The position numbers and the translations under genes were made by a program. Shown here one piece after another: positions 17,426 through 32,040 of a stretch of DNA of 64,000 bases. Position 1 is the first letter of the stretch. Every line of letters starts with the position of its first letter. Source of the DNA: the human T2T-CHM13v2.0 reference genome, Homo sapiens; assembly GCF_009914755.1 (NCBI RefSeq), contig NC_060947.1; one strand, given 5' to 3'. The notes beneath the pieces were generated by a model, which saw only the letters and a list, made by a program, of their open reading frames with translations, did no database searches and was not told where the DNA came from.

Positions 17426-18586
17426 AAAATTCTCATGTCATCAATATAAGAGGAAATGATTTAATAAAAGTAAGCATAGGTTTCTTCTGACTTCAGTCAA
17501 ATTAGATCTCAAGGAAGCCCATATGGCAAGTGGATTCCAAAAAAGCTAAAGTAGAAACAGAACGTACCCAACAGAAAAAAGACCTGCCTCTCTTCATAAT
17601 CCGGGCTTAGTAGCATCATCCAGTGCTAACCAATAGCATCATCCAGTGCCAATATCTTGGCATGTAATATTAATATTATCAAAATCTGTCATATGGTAAT
17701 ACATGTTCTGTGTGAACTTTGAACTCATTCTGTTCTAGATGGCAATAAATAGCATTTGAAACAGGATACAGATATTTGCTCTTGATGCATCTTTGAAGGA
17801 GTGCTGTCTTGCCTTTTCCCCTCAGGTTATAGAAGTGAAAGTTAAGCTGAACAAAACTAATGGTAGTGTGGCTTGTTTTATCCCTTACCTTTTATCAGTT
17901 GTAATTTAAATAAGGCTCCACTTTACACAAAAGGTTGGGATTATTTTGGAAATGTTTATCCCCCTAAATGCTCTACTGTTTTGCTGTCGTATTTTGTGTC
18001 TACTTAATAGTTGTGTGTCTAATTAGAATTAGTTTTGAAGATCATTTTCTACCACTACATTACATATTTCTTGAGAGTCTGAGATAGGGCTTACTCATAT
18101 TTGCCTTTCCATATCAAGCTTCAAGCCACTTTTAATGTGGTAGGGAGTCAGCTATAGCTGTTGAGCTACAATTGTAATGGATTTAAAATTCTTCCATTTA
18201 TTTTTAAAATAATTCTTAATTTTTAATTTTTAAACATTAACCACAATCCTAATTATTTTCAAACATCAGCAATGTATCTGTAGTTTAACCACAAAGATAA
18301 AATACATACAAAATATAACTTATTCACTGTGTCTTTTAGGAAAAACCTGTGCCTGGTCACTTAAAAGAAAGCTTTCAAAATATGGTAGAGTTTCTGGTAG
18401 CAGTATGGAATGTTTGAATGGCCAAAACAACAGTTATATCTTCCAGGTCTTCTTTTTTTCTGCTGGAGTCATGACAATTCCTGTTCAAATCTGTGATCCC
18501 TCAACCTCAACGCCTAATTCTTCATGATTCTTTGGACTCTTTATTGCCTACTGAGAATCTGAATCCAAATTCTTGGTGATTTTTAA

Positions 18587-18928
<342 letters not shown>

Positions 18929-19825
18929 TAATCCATTTTTTTTTTTTTTTTTTTTTACTTAACTGCAATTGGCATTTTTCATCCAGAGTCCTTTCCAACT
19001 CAGATTTGCCCAATTATGAGGCCTCAAGAATTTGCCCTTAACCCAGTTTCCATGACTAATGTCAAAAGTGACTGGGAGTACGCAAGCATCCCACAGCCCT
19101 TGAAGATGTTTAAATGTTCTTATTTAAGAAACAAGATGTAAATGCATTCAAATTTATCATCATAATTACCTCTTGTAAGTATCAGTAGGTCCATCTTTGA
19201 ATGAAATTTTTATTTCACAAGTTTTTCTTTGAGGATGCTTGCCATTCTTGTATATTCATCACAAAATGACTTGATTTTCTCAGCACAAATACCTACTCTC
19301 TTCCTTTACCACCCAATTCTAATGGAACTCTTTAATGCATCTATTGGCCTTTAAAGAACTTCTAGAGCATTTGGGTTTTGGCATCAGTTGATATTCTAAG
19401 ACCTGAGAGTCACTGGCACTTTCAAAGAGAAGAAAGGAAGTAATTAGATCTGGAATTTATTATTTTGATAATATTTTATTGTGCACATATCTATGTAAGA
19501 AAATGTGCTGAGTCGTAATTCCTGCTATAGAAGAATTTCTAAGGCTGTGAAAAACCTAACACAACATTGTTTTTGGCTAAAAACAAAACCTATTTTAACT
19601 ATAATAACAGGAAAATTTCTTTGTTTATTTCCATTTATTTTTTCTGTATATAGTGTCATGCATTCACATATTGGGAGGCTAACAACTTAAATTTCAACAT
19701 AACTCATACTTCCCCTTCTTTGATGCATATATAATACTTTGCTTTCTTTTCTAAATCTTTTAAATTTTTTTTTAAATTTTGCGAGTACGTGGTAGGTGTA
19801 TTATGTTTTCTTACTTGAGCTTAAA

Positions 19826-20139
<314 letters not shown>

Positions 20140-20734
20140 GAATTTTAAAAACTAGAGACAAATTATGTGGTTTTACCTGGAGGAAATTTTGCATTTCCCA
20201 CTAACAACATTCCCTTACTTATAACACCAATAGTACACCAAACTGCAAACAAGAGAAGTTCTCTGTATCTTTTCTTTTTCTTTTAGACCATATGGGGTGT
20301 ATGGAAGCTATTCACTTAGTCTATGAAATTATACGACAGACAACAAAACTACATTAGAGGAGATGACTGTAAATGGAACATGTACTAAGACCATAGAATG
20401 TAGCATCTGACTAAACATCCGAAAGTATTATGGACATGTTACTCTTCTAGCAAGAAATATTTGCAGTCTATTTCCTAACATGCAGAAAAGTCTTCAAGAA
20501 TCAGATGGAGCCAGATGGGGATGGAAACAAGATATGCAGCTGGCCCATCTGTCAAACACAATGTGCAGTCTGAGGAGAACTCCGTGACTTCCCCTGGATA
20601 ATCAACCTTATTCCAAAAAGTAGTCTGTTCACTTGGCCTTGCTACACAAAAAGCTCATAAAAATAGGCATTTACTAGGCATCCTATATACCATAAACTGC
20701 TATGCCATCACTTTTATCAGCAAAAAATTATATT

Positions 20735-20965
20735 GCTCTAGTATTCAATAGTACAGTAGGGAAATTATAGTTAACAATAATTTCTGTATATTTCAAAATA
20801 GCTAGAAGAGAAGAATTATAGTGTTCCCAACACAAAGAAAAGATAAACGTTTTAGGTGATGGATATTCCAATTACCCTGATTTGATCATTACACATTGTA
20901 TACAGGTATCGAAACATCACACACAGCCAAAAAATATGTACTACTATTATATTTCAATAAAAAAG
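20735..20965 (+). mobile_element. L1MA 3' end fragment
   Basis: tatatttcaaaatagctagaagagaaga...ccctgatttgatcattacacattgtata...aataaaaaa; possible TSD aaattatatt / aaattgtatt. Confidence 0.88.
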
Positions 20966-22599
20966 AAATTGTATTTTTATATAGTTGCTTGGTATTATTT
21001 TTCCTGCTTGCTCTTTTACAAATTGAATCAACTTATTTACAACCAGTTATATCATTTCTCTCTCCAAACCAGTTTTACAGCATCTTCCAAACTGATGTAA
21101 TCTGCCAATCGAATTCAAGCCTTATTTGCCCTCTATGTATGGTCAGAAATACATTTAATAGCGCCAAGAATCATTTTCTGGTGCTTCAAAGGGCTCACTA
21201 TCATCTATCATTCTCCACATTTATGATCTCTTAGTTTGTTTTTTATCCACTTTATTTTTCTTATAAAAACTTATTTGACCATTTTTATACACTTACTTGA
21301 ACCACTATATCAACCACGTTATTGAAGCTTAGACGTTTATTATTCGTAGTCCTCCCTTTATACGCTAATCTTATAATCTGTCAAAGAACTCTGCCCAGCA
21401 TGATTCATTGTTCATGATCCCAATGTGTTTATTTTGCATAGTTTCATTGTTCTCTAGGTGTTTGTAGAATTTCTCTCACTTAGTTTTATAGTGACAGTCA
21501 AATTTTTGTGCTTGAGAAAAGGCTACATGGATTTTTCAAGAAACATGTTTTAACTCTTTCATGTAAATGAGAGTTCTTTGGTAATAATAACAGTCATAGA
21601 TTTACTAAAATACATATGTGTTTGTGTAGGGAAGTGTGCGTGTGTGTCTGTGTACATAACCAAATTTTTACACCTCTGCATGTAGAGGAATTGGAAAAGA
21701 AATACAGAGCTTTCTGCATTCTGAGTCACTTTGTTACCATTATGGGTTAGATACAGCCGCTTATGATGCACTGTACTTTATGAAAGTATCTTCTTCAGCT
21801 TCTGCCTGAAACTTATTTCTCCAAAGGGTTCATCAATGACAGCTCCAAAGATCCGAATAGAAACACACACTATTCTCCCTAACATCGTTCCATTCCTCTC
21901 CCTGAATATGTGGCACAAACATTCCTCTTATATAATAATTACACCAGCAAAAATAATAGACCAACGAACAAGTCAGTCAACCTAAATAATCTCATCTAGA
22001 ATCTCTGCATTGGTTTTCCAGCCACTTCAAGATATGTTTGAATCTTAATTTGGGATTATAGTAGATCTTCTCCAAAAGTACTAAGGCATGTACATGAGCT
22101 TACAGATATGTGGGAGAAACTAGGGAGTGTTTGGTATTTTAGTAAGGTAAGGGGTTGTAGTACATAGGTTCCAAATTGTGGTTTGGGCAGCAAAAATCGA
22201 TCTCCTTGGCCATATTGAACCAAGGTGAAAATAACAATGTTCTGATATAATTTTTAAAGATCTTTGTTGCTATATTAGTCCTATAACACCTAATCGATTA
22301 AATAGTCTGATTATATTCTAATGAAACAAATATGTATTATGAAATGACTATGTTGCAGATATGGTGCTAGTTATTAGCATCAAAGATAATTGAAATCTAG
22401 AAGGATGCTCACAGATAACAGCTATATAAAGTATATAAGTAGAGCAGAGGAAGAAAAGTCTAAGTCTGGTTGGGGACTATGGCTAGCTGTTAGGAATCCT
22501 TAAAGCACTTTAGGATTTGAAGAAACCATTCACTATTGGTAAAATTTGTTGTACTGTTGTAAAGTAAGAGAATTGAATATACTCACCATCTCTATTTTC

Positions 22600-22830
22600 T
22601 CTCTTCCATTTCTTTCTGTAATTCATTCAGTCATGCTTTATCCTCCAATTTTTCTCAGAAACTTCTTTTGGTAAGATCACCAGAGACTTAAACCTTGCTA
22701 AATTCATTGGCCAATTTTGAGTCCTCATTTTCTTCATTCTTTATGTAGCATTTGACATTCTTAAAAACACTTTCATCATTTGACTCCCATGACAGCATGC
22801 TTTCCTGGTTTTTTATTCTATTTTACAAAG
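22600..22830. mobile_element. L2 fragment
   Basis: taagatcaccagagact...ttgctaaattcattggcca...gcagcatttgaca-like tagcatttgaca...tttcctggtt. Confidence 0.65.
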
Positions 22831-22840
22831 TGGGATATTC

Positions 22841-22893
22841 CATGAAGAACAGGGGATTGTGTTCATGAAGAACAGGGGATTGTGTTCATGAAG
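22841..22893. repeat. Perfect 23-bp tandem duplication (2.3 copies)
   Basis: catgaagaacaggggattgtgtt x2 plus catgaag. Confidence 0.95.
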
Positions 22894-23721
22894 CAGCTGG
22901 TATCATCCTAGGATGTCATTAAACTCATTCAGAAGACTATATTTGACTATTTTTCATGTCATTTGACTTAAATGTGCACAGGAATAGTTTGGATGTGAAA
23001 AATACAAAAATTAATTTAAAAGTCTTGTAATATAAATAATAAAAATATAAACATTTTATTAATGTATTATTTCCTTTCTTTAGAGTCAATGGTTTTCATC
23101 AAGATTCCTACAGCTTACATTCAAGTATTGGGCAATAAAAGAAAATGCATTGGCATAAAAATGATTAGTTCATATACTCTAAATTCTTTTTCGTATACAT
23201 ACATAAACATTGAAATTAAACAAAATGTCACTATCATTTTATCTTTTTTGTCATTCATATGACCTTTACTGAAGAATCTTAACTAACAACATAGATCTAT
23301 CTTTCTCATCTTTTCCTTCCCCACTATATCTACCTGTTAGTTTTCTTTAACTGCTTGTATTAGATGCTGAGATGCTGAATTATATTCTAGATCTTGTTAC
23401 TTGAATAGTACTTACCTTATAGTCTTTGTATTACTTTTATTTATTTGAAAAACACTTATTTTACTCCATTATATGCCAGGCATTGTGCTTCTGACAAGAC
23501 GGGAAAGATAAATTAGAATCTGTTACTTTATAGAAACTCAAGTTAAATACTAAATAGTGACTCAAATAATGCATTTGTCATTTTAAAAATCAATTTGAGT
23601 ATTCTGGTATTAGTATCATCTTCATGTTCATATATTATTGAGTTTGAAAGAATAAAATTCACATAGTGTCTTCTAAATACACTTTATAAATTCCCAGAAA
23701 TATAACTGTCTCATTTTTTTA

Positions 23722-23832
23722 GGTTTATTTATTTATTTTTGAGACAAGGGCTCACTCTGTTGCCCAGGCTAGAGTGCAGTGGCACAATCACAGCTCACTG
23801 TAGCTTCGACCTCCTGGGCTCAAGTGATTCTC
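23722..23832 (-). mobile_element. AluJ/FRAM right-arm fragment
   Basis: gagacaagggctcactctgttgcccaggctagagtgcagtggcacaatcacagctcac, truncated. Confidence 0.9.
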
Positions 23833-24199
23833 ATACTTAATTTGTGAAGTAAGCTATTTCCATAGATTCTACCTCCCCAACAGTATTTTCTCCTCTATTT
23901 TCCCACTGCCTCCTCCTTTTACCAGATTTGATTGTGCCGCTCCAGTCCTTCCATCTTCCTTTGGGCCTCAATTCTAATAAATGAGTTAGATCCTTGGGTG
24001 AGCCCTGCACATTGGGTAAGAACACATTTCTCCTAGGTCTTCTATGTCCATCTACATGGTTAGTAGTGACCTGAAATATGAATCAGTCATTTCTATCCTC
24101 CCGAGAAAGTGCTCAACAAAACTATCCTCCCTGAGTCAATCAGAATCACTCTTGACTTGTCATTAACTTTGCTTGCCAGTCACCTGAAAAAGTCTGAGA

Positions 24200-24810
24200 A
24201 AAGTTCATTCATTTTCCATAATCTTTTCTCTGTGTGGCTCTAGACATTCCCTATTCCAATCCTATCATTTGGATTTCTGTAATTCTTGGTATGCCATTAG
24301 CAAAATCTCTTGAATCCTCAACCTCTAATTTTTATGTTGCTTTTATCTTCAAGGAGACTTTCCTCTGATGACACAATTTCTCCTGAAGCTCTCCCAAGTG
24401 ATGGCTATTACTGTGTCCCACAACCCTCATATGTTTCCTCTGGAGATAAGGTAACATTTCTCTTGGATTTTTATTGCCACTTCTAGAATATTCTATCTTC
24501 TTTCTTTCTAAAAACCCTCATTTATGACGTTTATATCATCAATCTAACTTATATCCTTCCCCTCAATATTGTTGATTTCTATTGAATCTTGGATCATTCT
24601 ACTTTATTCTTGGCAAATTTTAGTTTCTTCTTCACTGTAATTCTGGTCGTAATTATACTTGATATAACTATCAGCATATATAAATAATCTTTTTTAACAA
24701 GTGTTCTTCTCCTATCTCCCTTTCTCTAGTGATCTTGTCATCCACTATAGCCCATCAACCTCCATCCATGTTCACTGTCTGGACAAAAGGTATTCTTAAC
24801 TACTTAAATC
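24200..24810 (+). mobile_element. Ancient L2 internal fragment
   Basis: Pyrimidine-rich degenerate L2-ORF-like sequence; weak recognition. Confidence 0.4.
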
Positions 24811-24814
24811 ATTC

Positions 24815-24995
24815 CTGTTTTAGTTGTCTATTCATGTTTAACCAACAATCCAAACACTTAGTGATTTAAAACAAAAAAAAAGTAGATAATTGTGTATACA
24901 TTTAGAATCTGGGCCAGGTTCAGCTAGTCTTGCCTCATGTGGCTGCATTTAGATATTAAATTGGCTAGGCACTGGGTTGAGTTCATCTGGACCTC
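24815..24995 (-). mobile_element. MLT1 LTR fragment
   Basis: ccaaacacttagtgatttaaaacaa...gaatctgggccaggttcagct. Confidence 0.55.
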
Positions 24996-26159
24996 TATTG
25001 AAAATGAGATTGACGTACAGAGGAAATAGAACCAAATTCTACATGTGAACGTGCCCCAAAAGCATAAGGAAAAACCACATGTATGCACACAGAATTTTTC
25101 ATTTTTAGTATCTGAAAATTAAACATGAACTAAGAGCCAAAGCACAATAAGATATATTGTAAATCCGTTTAACAGAGGTACATTAAATTATAATAGGCAC
25201 CAAATATCTTTTCATTTCTCTTTACCTTTTTACTGGCTGTTCTTTCTGAGCCAAATTCACTCTTCCACTCCCACTTTTTACCTAATAAGCATCCTATGCA
25301 TATTTTTCAAAATTTTAGTAGTATTTTGGAAAATCCATGTGTAGAATTGACTGCTCTTTTATCTGTAGTTGTATTTTATCTTTTTTTTTCTTTTTAATAT
25401 ATTCTGTATTTTTCAGTTTACCATGTGGCAAATGAAAATTATAAATGTATATTTATGGGAGCACTGAGCAATTCCACCATTTTGAGCACCTTGTGTAATA
25501 TTATATCCTCTACTGAGGCTCCTGGGATTGAGTCAAGTGGCAGCAAGGGAAACCGTCACCATGCCCAAATAAAAGTCTCATCGATGATATCCCAACATGA
25601 GCATTTCTCAGTTAAGCATTTCTTATCTGCAGGAGGCATCCACTGTAATACAAGAAAGAGAAGAGTCTCCATGCAGAAGGAAGACTGTGTCATTGTTTTG
25701 GTGAAGTTGGCAGTAGAAGGAATGGCACCAACTCAACAAATCCACCTCTTTGTGGCCATTACCTTTAGTGGGTGGCCTAGGCAATGCACAGGTGAGGAGG
25801 CTTTTTGTCTAAGGGGTGTTGTTTTGGGAATTTGCTGATAACATTCACTCCCAGAAGAGTTCCCAGGAAGTCATCTTCTGCAAGGGTGTCCAAGAGACCA
25901 CAGGTAGTTCTATTTTATCTTTTATATACTCCTACTATAATGTCTACTCTATTATACTAAAATTTCACATTACATAGCTTTTCCTTCAAATATATTGTAA
26001 ATATTTAGAGAAAAATAAATTCTTTTTTAAAAATATCTACAGGCCCAGTTTTTAGCAGAATCATGTGTTAGATACCTCTTAGTATATAATCAATAAGTGA
26101 ACAATCAAAGATGTGCATAGAAAAGTGGCCAGATCTCCATATCTTACTGTCGTGGTAGA

Positions 26160-27190
26160 TAGTCACATCTTATTCAGTGACCAAATACTTGAGAAACTTG
26201 TCTGTGTATGTCACTGTGCTAGGTGTAAGGATATAGTAGTAAAAAAGATGGAAAAGTTCCCTCTTGTCAGGAGCCCACATTCTAGTGGTCATGAAAAGGA
26301 TTAATGAATAAACAAATAAATATACAATACAATTACAGTTTATGATATATTTGAAGAAGGGAACAAATGTGGTGTTCTGCTAGATAAGAATTAGGAAATA
26401 TTCATACCTAAGCTGGCTAGGAAAAGCCTCTCTGAAGAAGCAACGGTTAATCTGAAACCTGTGGTGGAGAGTGAAAGGACATATGCATATAAAGATTTGG
26501 AAGAAAAAGAATTCCTGGTAGAGGAAATATTAAAAACAAAGTCTTTGTGGAGCAAAAAATTGACCTGTCCATATAATCAAAGTGATGCAGGATTTTTTGC
26601 TCCTTAGTTCGGCTAAGTTCCGGGTTCCTGTCTCATGACCAGGAAAAATTAGGCATGTGAACACACTGAAGGGTGAGGGGGACAGACTTATTAGATGAAA
26701 AGAAAGCTCTCAGCAAAGAAAGAGGAGGTCCTGCCAACAGGCTCCTACCTCACAGATTAAAAACCAGGCCACCGCACCTCATCTGAAGAGGCCAGGCTCC
26801 ATCTCCTGCATAAGGCGCAAATTCCTAGTGACTCCATCCCATTCCCCCAGTGCATGTGGGCCTCCAATCTGTTGCAGGCATGGCCAGGTAAGACCCTGTT
26901 CTGGTTCCCTTATCTGCACAAAAACATCTGGCATAAACATTGTGGGGCAGGTTGGAGATTTTCCAGGGACCCTTCCTTATCTGCCTCCTGCATCTATCAA
27001 AAGGAAGGCAACAGGACTAAAGTATAGACTGAAGAGTGACATGAAATGTAGTTTAAGAGATGAGCAGAAGCTTGATCACGCAGGGCTTTGAAGGTGCTGG
27101 TATGAAGTTTGAATTACATTCTCCATATTATGGAAGATAAGGGAAGTATTACAAGCATGGAAGTTGCATAAAAAGATTTATATTTTTTTA
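26160..27190. mobile_element. L2 fragment interrupted by an ERV1 LTR
   Basis: tattcagtgaccaaatacttgag...cactgtgctaggtgtaaggatatag...ggaaaagcctctctgaag. Confidence 0.65.
26583..26999 (-). mobile_element. ERV1 solo LTR (MER61-like), 417 bp
   Basis: TG...CA termini; 4-bp TSD aaag (26579-26582, 27000-27003); minus strand starts tgatagatgcaggaggcagataagg. Confidence 0.85.
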
Positions 27191-27519
27191 CTGTATAAAC
27201 TGATCTGCCTCAAAGAAAAGTGCTATGGATACTCTATTAGGGACTATCGTCATTAACATTTACCCTCACTGCCTGATGAATGTGTGGAAAATTACCTTTA
27301 TACCAACAGACATTTCAATCAACTTTCTGTCAGACATGTAAATATAAACAATGATCCAAGACACACCAAATATATGGTAAATGCTTTCCACAGGAATAAT
27401 GAATATATAAAAGGAAACAAACTGTAAAACATTAAAACAATTTAATTATGTTGAATATAAAAACATTTTTGAAATTCAAAGAAACAGAAAATATATGGAG
27501 AACCAGTAGAAAAAAATCA

Positions 27520-27852
<333 letters not shown>

Positions 27853-28001
27853 CTAAGAAAGAGCTCTTGAAAATTAAAATTGTATAGTTGAAATAATATA
27901 GTAGAAGTGATGAAAGATATACTAAAGGAAGTCTTCTGGAAAGTAGAATAAAAAGTTTTTAAATAGAGTAAAGGAGAAAAAGATTAAAAATTCAGAAGAT
28001 T

Positions 28002-28286
28002 GGCCAGACGTGGTGGCTTACACCTGTAATCCAAGCACTTTGAGAGGCCAAGGCAGGCAGATCACAAGGTCAAGAGATCGAGACCATCCTGGCCAATATG
28101 GTGAAACCCCGTCTCTAATAAAAATACCAAAAAATTTAGCTGAGTGTGATGGCTCCTGCCTGTAGTCCCAGCTACTTGGGAGGCTGAGGCAGGAGAATTG
28201 CTTGAACCCATGAGGTGGAGTGAGCTGAGATCATGCCATTGTACTCCAGCCTGGGTGACAGAGCGAGACTCTGTCTAAAAAAAAAA
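28002..28286 (+). mobile_element. AluSc-like
   Basis: ggtcaagagatcgagaccatcctggccaa; TSD tcagaagatt / tcagatgatt. Confidence 0.95.
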
Positions 28287-29963
28287 TCAGATGATTGATT
28301 CAGAAGATCAAATAGCCAATCAAATCATATCCATTTCAATAAACACATTCATAAAAGAGAGTAAATTATCAAAAAATGCAAGAAAATGAAGGAAATAAGT
28401 GTTCAAGTTGAAAAATTTGAAATCTATAATAGATTATCGGTCATTTATTGGTGAAATTCACAACATCAGTGCCAAGCAGATGATCTTTAAAACTTTTAGA
28501 AAGGAAAATGCTCACACACAATTTTTTAACAAGAGACAGAATAGATATCAAGATGACACTGATGTTTCTTAACGCTTCACTGAAAGCTGGAAGGCAAAGG
28601 AGGAAAACAAGCCTTTAAATTGTTGAGGAAATTTATTATTGCAGACTTTGAAGTCCCAAACAAATGATTAATTACATAAAATAGCAGAATAAATATTGCA
28701 GATGTAAACACTCACCCTGACTTGCCTTTTTTTTTTTTTTTTTTACTTCCCAGAAGTCTTTTATTAGGAAGTTCATGGAGTGTATCTCCAGAAAAACATA
28801 AGAGCAAAACAAGAAAGAAGACATAGGATCTGGAAAATAGAAGATCCAATTGTAGGGGCAGCAATTTAAAGTCCTAGGATAATAGGGAAATTAACCTCCA
28901 GGTTAGATAGTTGTGGATATGATCTGGAAAACATTTAGTTCACCTTGTAAGAGAATAGAGGCCTCAAAAACAGGGACTCCAAGTAGAACAAAACTCAACC
29001 CACAGGTTAAATATTACCGTAAACTGTTTTAGAAGAAGACACTGAAACATTTGGTGGAAGATGATGTAGGTTAAGGAAAAACATTATGCAAATGTGTATA
29101 AGCAAACAAACATGGTAATGATTTACTCTAATAAAACACTGCCCAAGAAAAATATATTCATACTGCACTACTTGGCAAAACAGTGAGAAAATATTTGATT
29201 TAGAAAAATTACACAAATACATACACACTAAAGATTCACCTTACCAGTTGAAATATTGTCTTTTATTTAAATGCTAAGTGACACTGTTTCTTTTCACAAA
29301 TATATATTAGTTACTTTCATCAGTTTTCTATGTCTAGTATCAATTTATATCATTATGTTATTATGTTTATGAAAATAGACAGGAATATTTATTTTCTTCC
29401 AGAAAAGAAGACTTGAAAATATAGAAATCTTCCTACTCTTTAATGTTTTCGAGTTGTTTGCAGGTTCCAATAATGTATTCTGAAAGATAATCACCAGGCA
29501 AAGGTCAGGTGTTTCCTTAAGGAAATCATTCTCTAGATGACTTGGGGGAAGGTGTAATTTCAACTGTCTTTAGCCATGCAAAATATCCCTTACCCTGATC
29601 AATTAATGATGGTGATTTACGAGATATCAGGCTAAGAGACAATTACTTGAAAAGGTGATTTGCATTAAAGACAAGGTGATCTTGTAACCCTTTTTCTTTA
29701 GCCAGACAACAGTAATTCTTTACAAAGCAAAAGATTTCATTGTCTGAAAACAAAATTACATTCCTTTTTGCCATGCCTTTAGCAATGAAGCGAAAATAAG
29801 TAATTGGTTTTGAACAATTTTAAACAAGTATTATACAACTCTAATGATGTATTACTTTTTTGTCTTTCATTTAATAAATTGTCATGATGATCAAATGAAG
29901 ATAGAAATGGTATTCTATCTGGTTGATCTGGCACCAAAAAAAGGAGAGGAAATAAAGAATGTT

Positions 29964-30146
29964 TCCAGAAAAAAAGTCAGAGTAAAACAAGAAATAGGAA
30001 GACATAGAATCTGGAGAATAGAAGATCCAACATAGAGGGGCAGAAGTTTAAAGTCCTAGAATGATAGGGAAATTAAGCTCCAGGATGGATGATTACAGAT
30101 ATGGTCTGGAGAGCAATTAGTTCACTTTGGGAGAGAACAAACTCAA
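29964..30146 (+). repeat. Diverged second copy of 28787-28998 (HAL1-like segment)
   Basis: Shared blocks aatagaagatccaa, tttaaagtcctag, atagggaaattaa, ttagttcac, aaactcaa in the same order. Confidence 0.9.
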
Positions 30147-30366
30147 TGTCTTGTATATTATATATTTCCTACATATTAGTCATTGAGCCTGGTTTAAAAG
30201 AAAAGGTTTTGTAGCCATGACAATAACTGCTAACTGCCAAAGAGATTTTATATCCTTAATGAATGGTACGGTAAGTTTTTAGTTACTCATAAAAATAATT
30301 ATTCTATATAATTCACAAGTACACACACAGTCATCAGCAAAATAAAAATTGTTAAGTGTAAAAGCT

Positions 30367-30406
30367 TATATATACAGATATATATATATATACACATATA
30401 TATATA

Positions 30407-30440
<34 letters not shown>
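30367..30440. repeat. (TA)n-(TG)16 compound microsatellite
   Basis: Seen directly; pure TG at 30409-30440. Confidence 0.97.
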
Positions 30441-30442
<2 letters not shown>

Positions 30443-30448
30443 TGCACA

Positions 30449-30821
30449 TGCGCTATGGATTAAATGTGTCCCTCAAATTTCACATGCTAAAAACTTAATC
30501 TCCAAATTCATAAGCTGTTTGGAGAAGGGCCTTTGGAATATAATTAAGATTAGATAAGGTCATCAGGGTGTGGCCCCCATAATGGGACTGGTGGCTACAT
30601 AAGAAAAGGAAGACAGACCCAAACTGACATGCACACTTTTGCTCTATTGCCATATAATGCCTTCCACCATGTTATGACATAGCAAAAAGGCCCTTCCCAG
30701 ATACTGGCCCCTCAAACCTGGACTTTCCAGTATCCAGAAATGTAAGAAAATGTGTATTTTCTTTATTAAAATTGCCCAGTTTGTGGTATACTGTTATAGG
30801 AATGCAAAATGAACTAAAACA
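30449..30821 (+). mobile_element. MaLR solo LTR (MSTC/MSTD-like)
   Basis: gctatggattaaatgtgtccc...ttagataaggtcatcagggtg...tgttatag...aaatgaactaaaaca. Confidence 0.85.
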
Positions 30822-31015
30822 ATATGTAACAACAACAATAAATAACAATAATATATATTGATTATTTTGAGAAAGTGCTTATTAAATATCCTGTTAAGTA
30901 GTACATCTTCAATTAATGCTATTGATATCTCAATCTGAAAAAGCCTTTAAATCAAGATCTTTTCTATTTCTTATCATATTTTGTGCATTATAATACTTAA
31001 TACAAAATACTTAAT

Positions 31016-31306
31016 TTTTTTTTTTTGAGATGGAGTCTTGCTCTGTTGCCCAGGCTGGAGTGCAGTGGAGCGATCTCAGCTCACCGCAACCTCTGCCTCC
31101 AAGGTTTAAGCAATTCTCTGCCTCGGCCTCCCAAGTAGCTGGGATTATAGGCGCATGCCACCATGCCGGGCTAATTTTTGTATTTTTTAGTAGAGAAGGG
31201 GCTTCACCATCTTGGCCAGGCTGGCCTTGAACTCCTGACCTCGTGATCCACCCGCCTTGGCATCCCAATGTGCTAGGATTACAGGCGTGAGCCACTGCGC
31301 TCAGCC
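31016..31306 (-). mobile_element. AluSg-like
   Basis: 13-bp TSD caaaatacttaat (31003-31015, 31307-31319). Confidence 0.96.
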
Positions 31307-31469
31307 CAAAATACTTAATATTTATGTAATACTCTGCATATGTTTAAAATATATTTAGAGTACAATTAGGAAATCAAGTAAACGCACAATAGGTGTAAAC
31401 ATATATATACTTGAATGATTTAACCTTTATGTGTATATATACATTTATTTACTGCATGTCTAATTCTGA

Positions 31470-32040
31470 TTGCTTTTTAAAATAAACTTATTTTAGAACA
31501 GTTTTAAATTTACAGAAAAATTGTGAAGACAGTACAGAGTGTTCCCGTATAACCAATACCAATTTTTCTCTATTATTAACATCTTGCATGAGTATGGTAT
31601 ATTTTTAAGTTAGTAAACCAATATTGATACATTATTATTAACTAAAGTCCATAGTTTGATCAGATTTTTAGTTTTTACTGATTTTTTTTTCTGTACCAAG
31701 ATCCTACCAACAATTCTTCATTACATTTAGTCATTCTCCTTACACTCCTGTGGTCTGACAATTTCTCAGATTTTCCATGTTTTTGATGACCTTGACAGTT
31801 TTGAGGAGTATTACTTAGGTGTTTTTCAAAATGTTCCTCATTTCAGATTTGTCTGACGTTTTTCTCATGATTATATGGGAATAATGCCTTTTTGGAAGAA
31901 ATACCATTGAGGTAAATATTTTAATCATATTATATCAAGAAAATATAATATCAACATGACTTTGTTGATGTTGACCTTGATCACCTGGCTTAGGTAGGGC
32001 TTATCAGGTTTCTCCAATGTAGTATTTTTTTTCCCCTGTC
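31470..32040 (-). mobile_element. L1MC/MD 3'UTR
   Basis: ttttagaacagttttaaatttacagaaaaattgtgaagacagtacagag...gatgttgaccttgatcacctggct. Confidence 0.85.

Noticed and set aside
17611-17649. 16-bp direct repeat tagcatcatccagtgc with a 7-bp spacer
   Set aside because: Only two copies; a micro-duplication and not CRISPR-like.
25425-25838. 137-aa ORF in non-repeat DNA
   Set aside because: Non-ATG start, no recognisable domain and no splice or promoter context.
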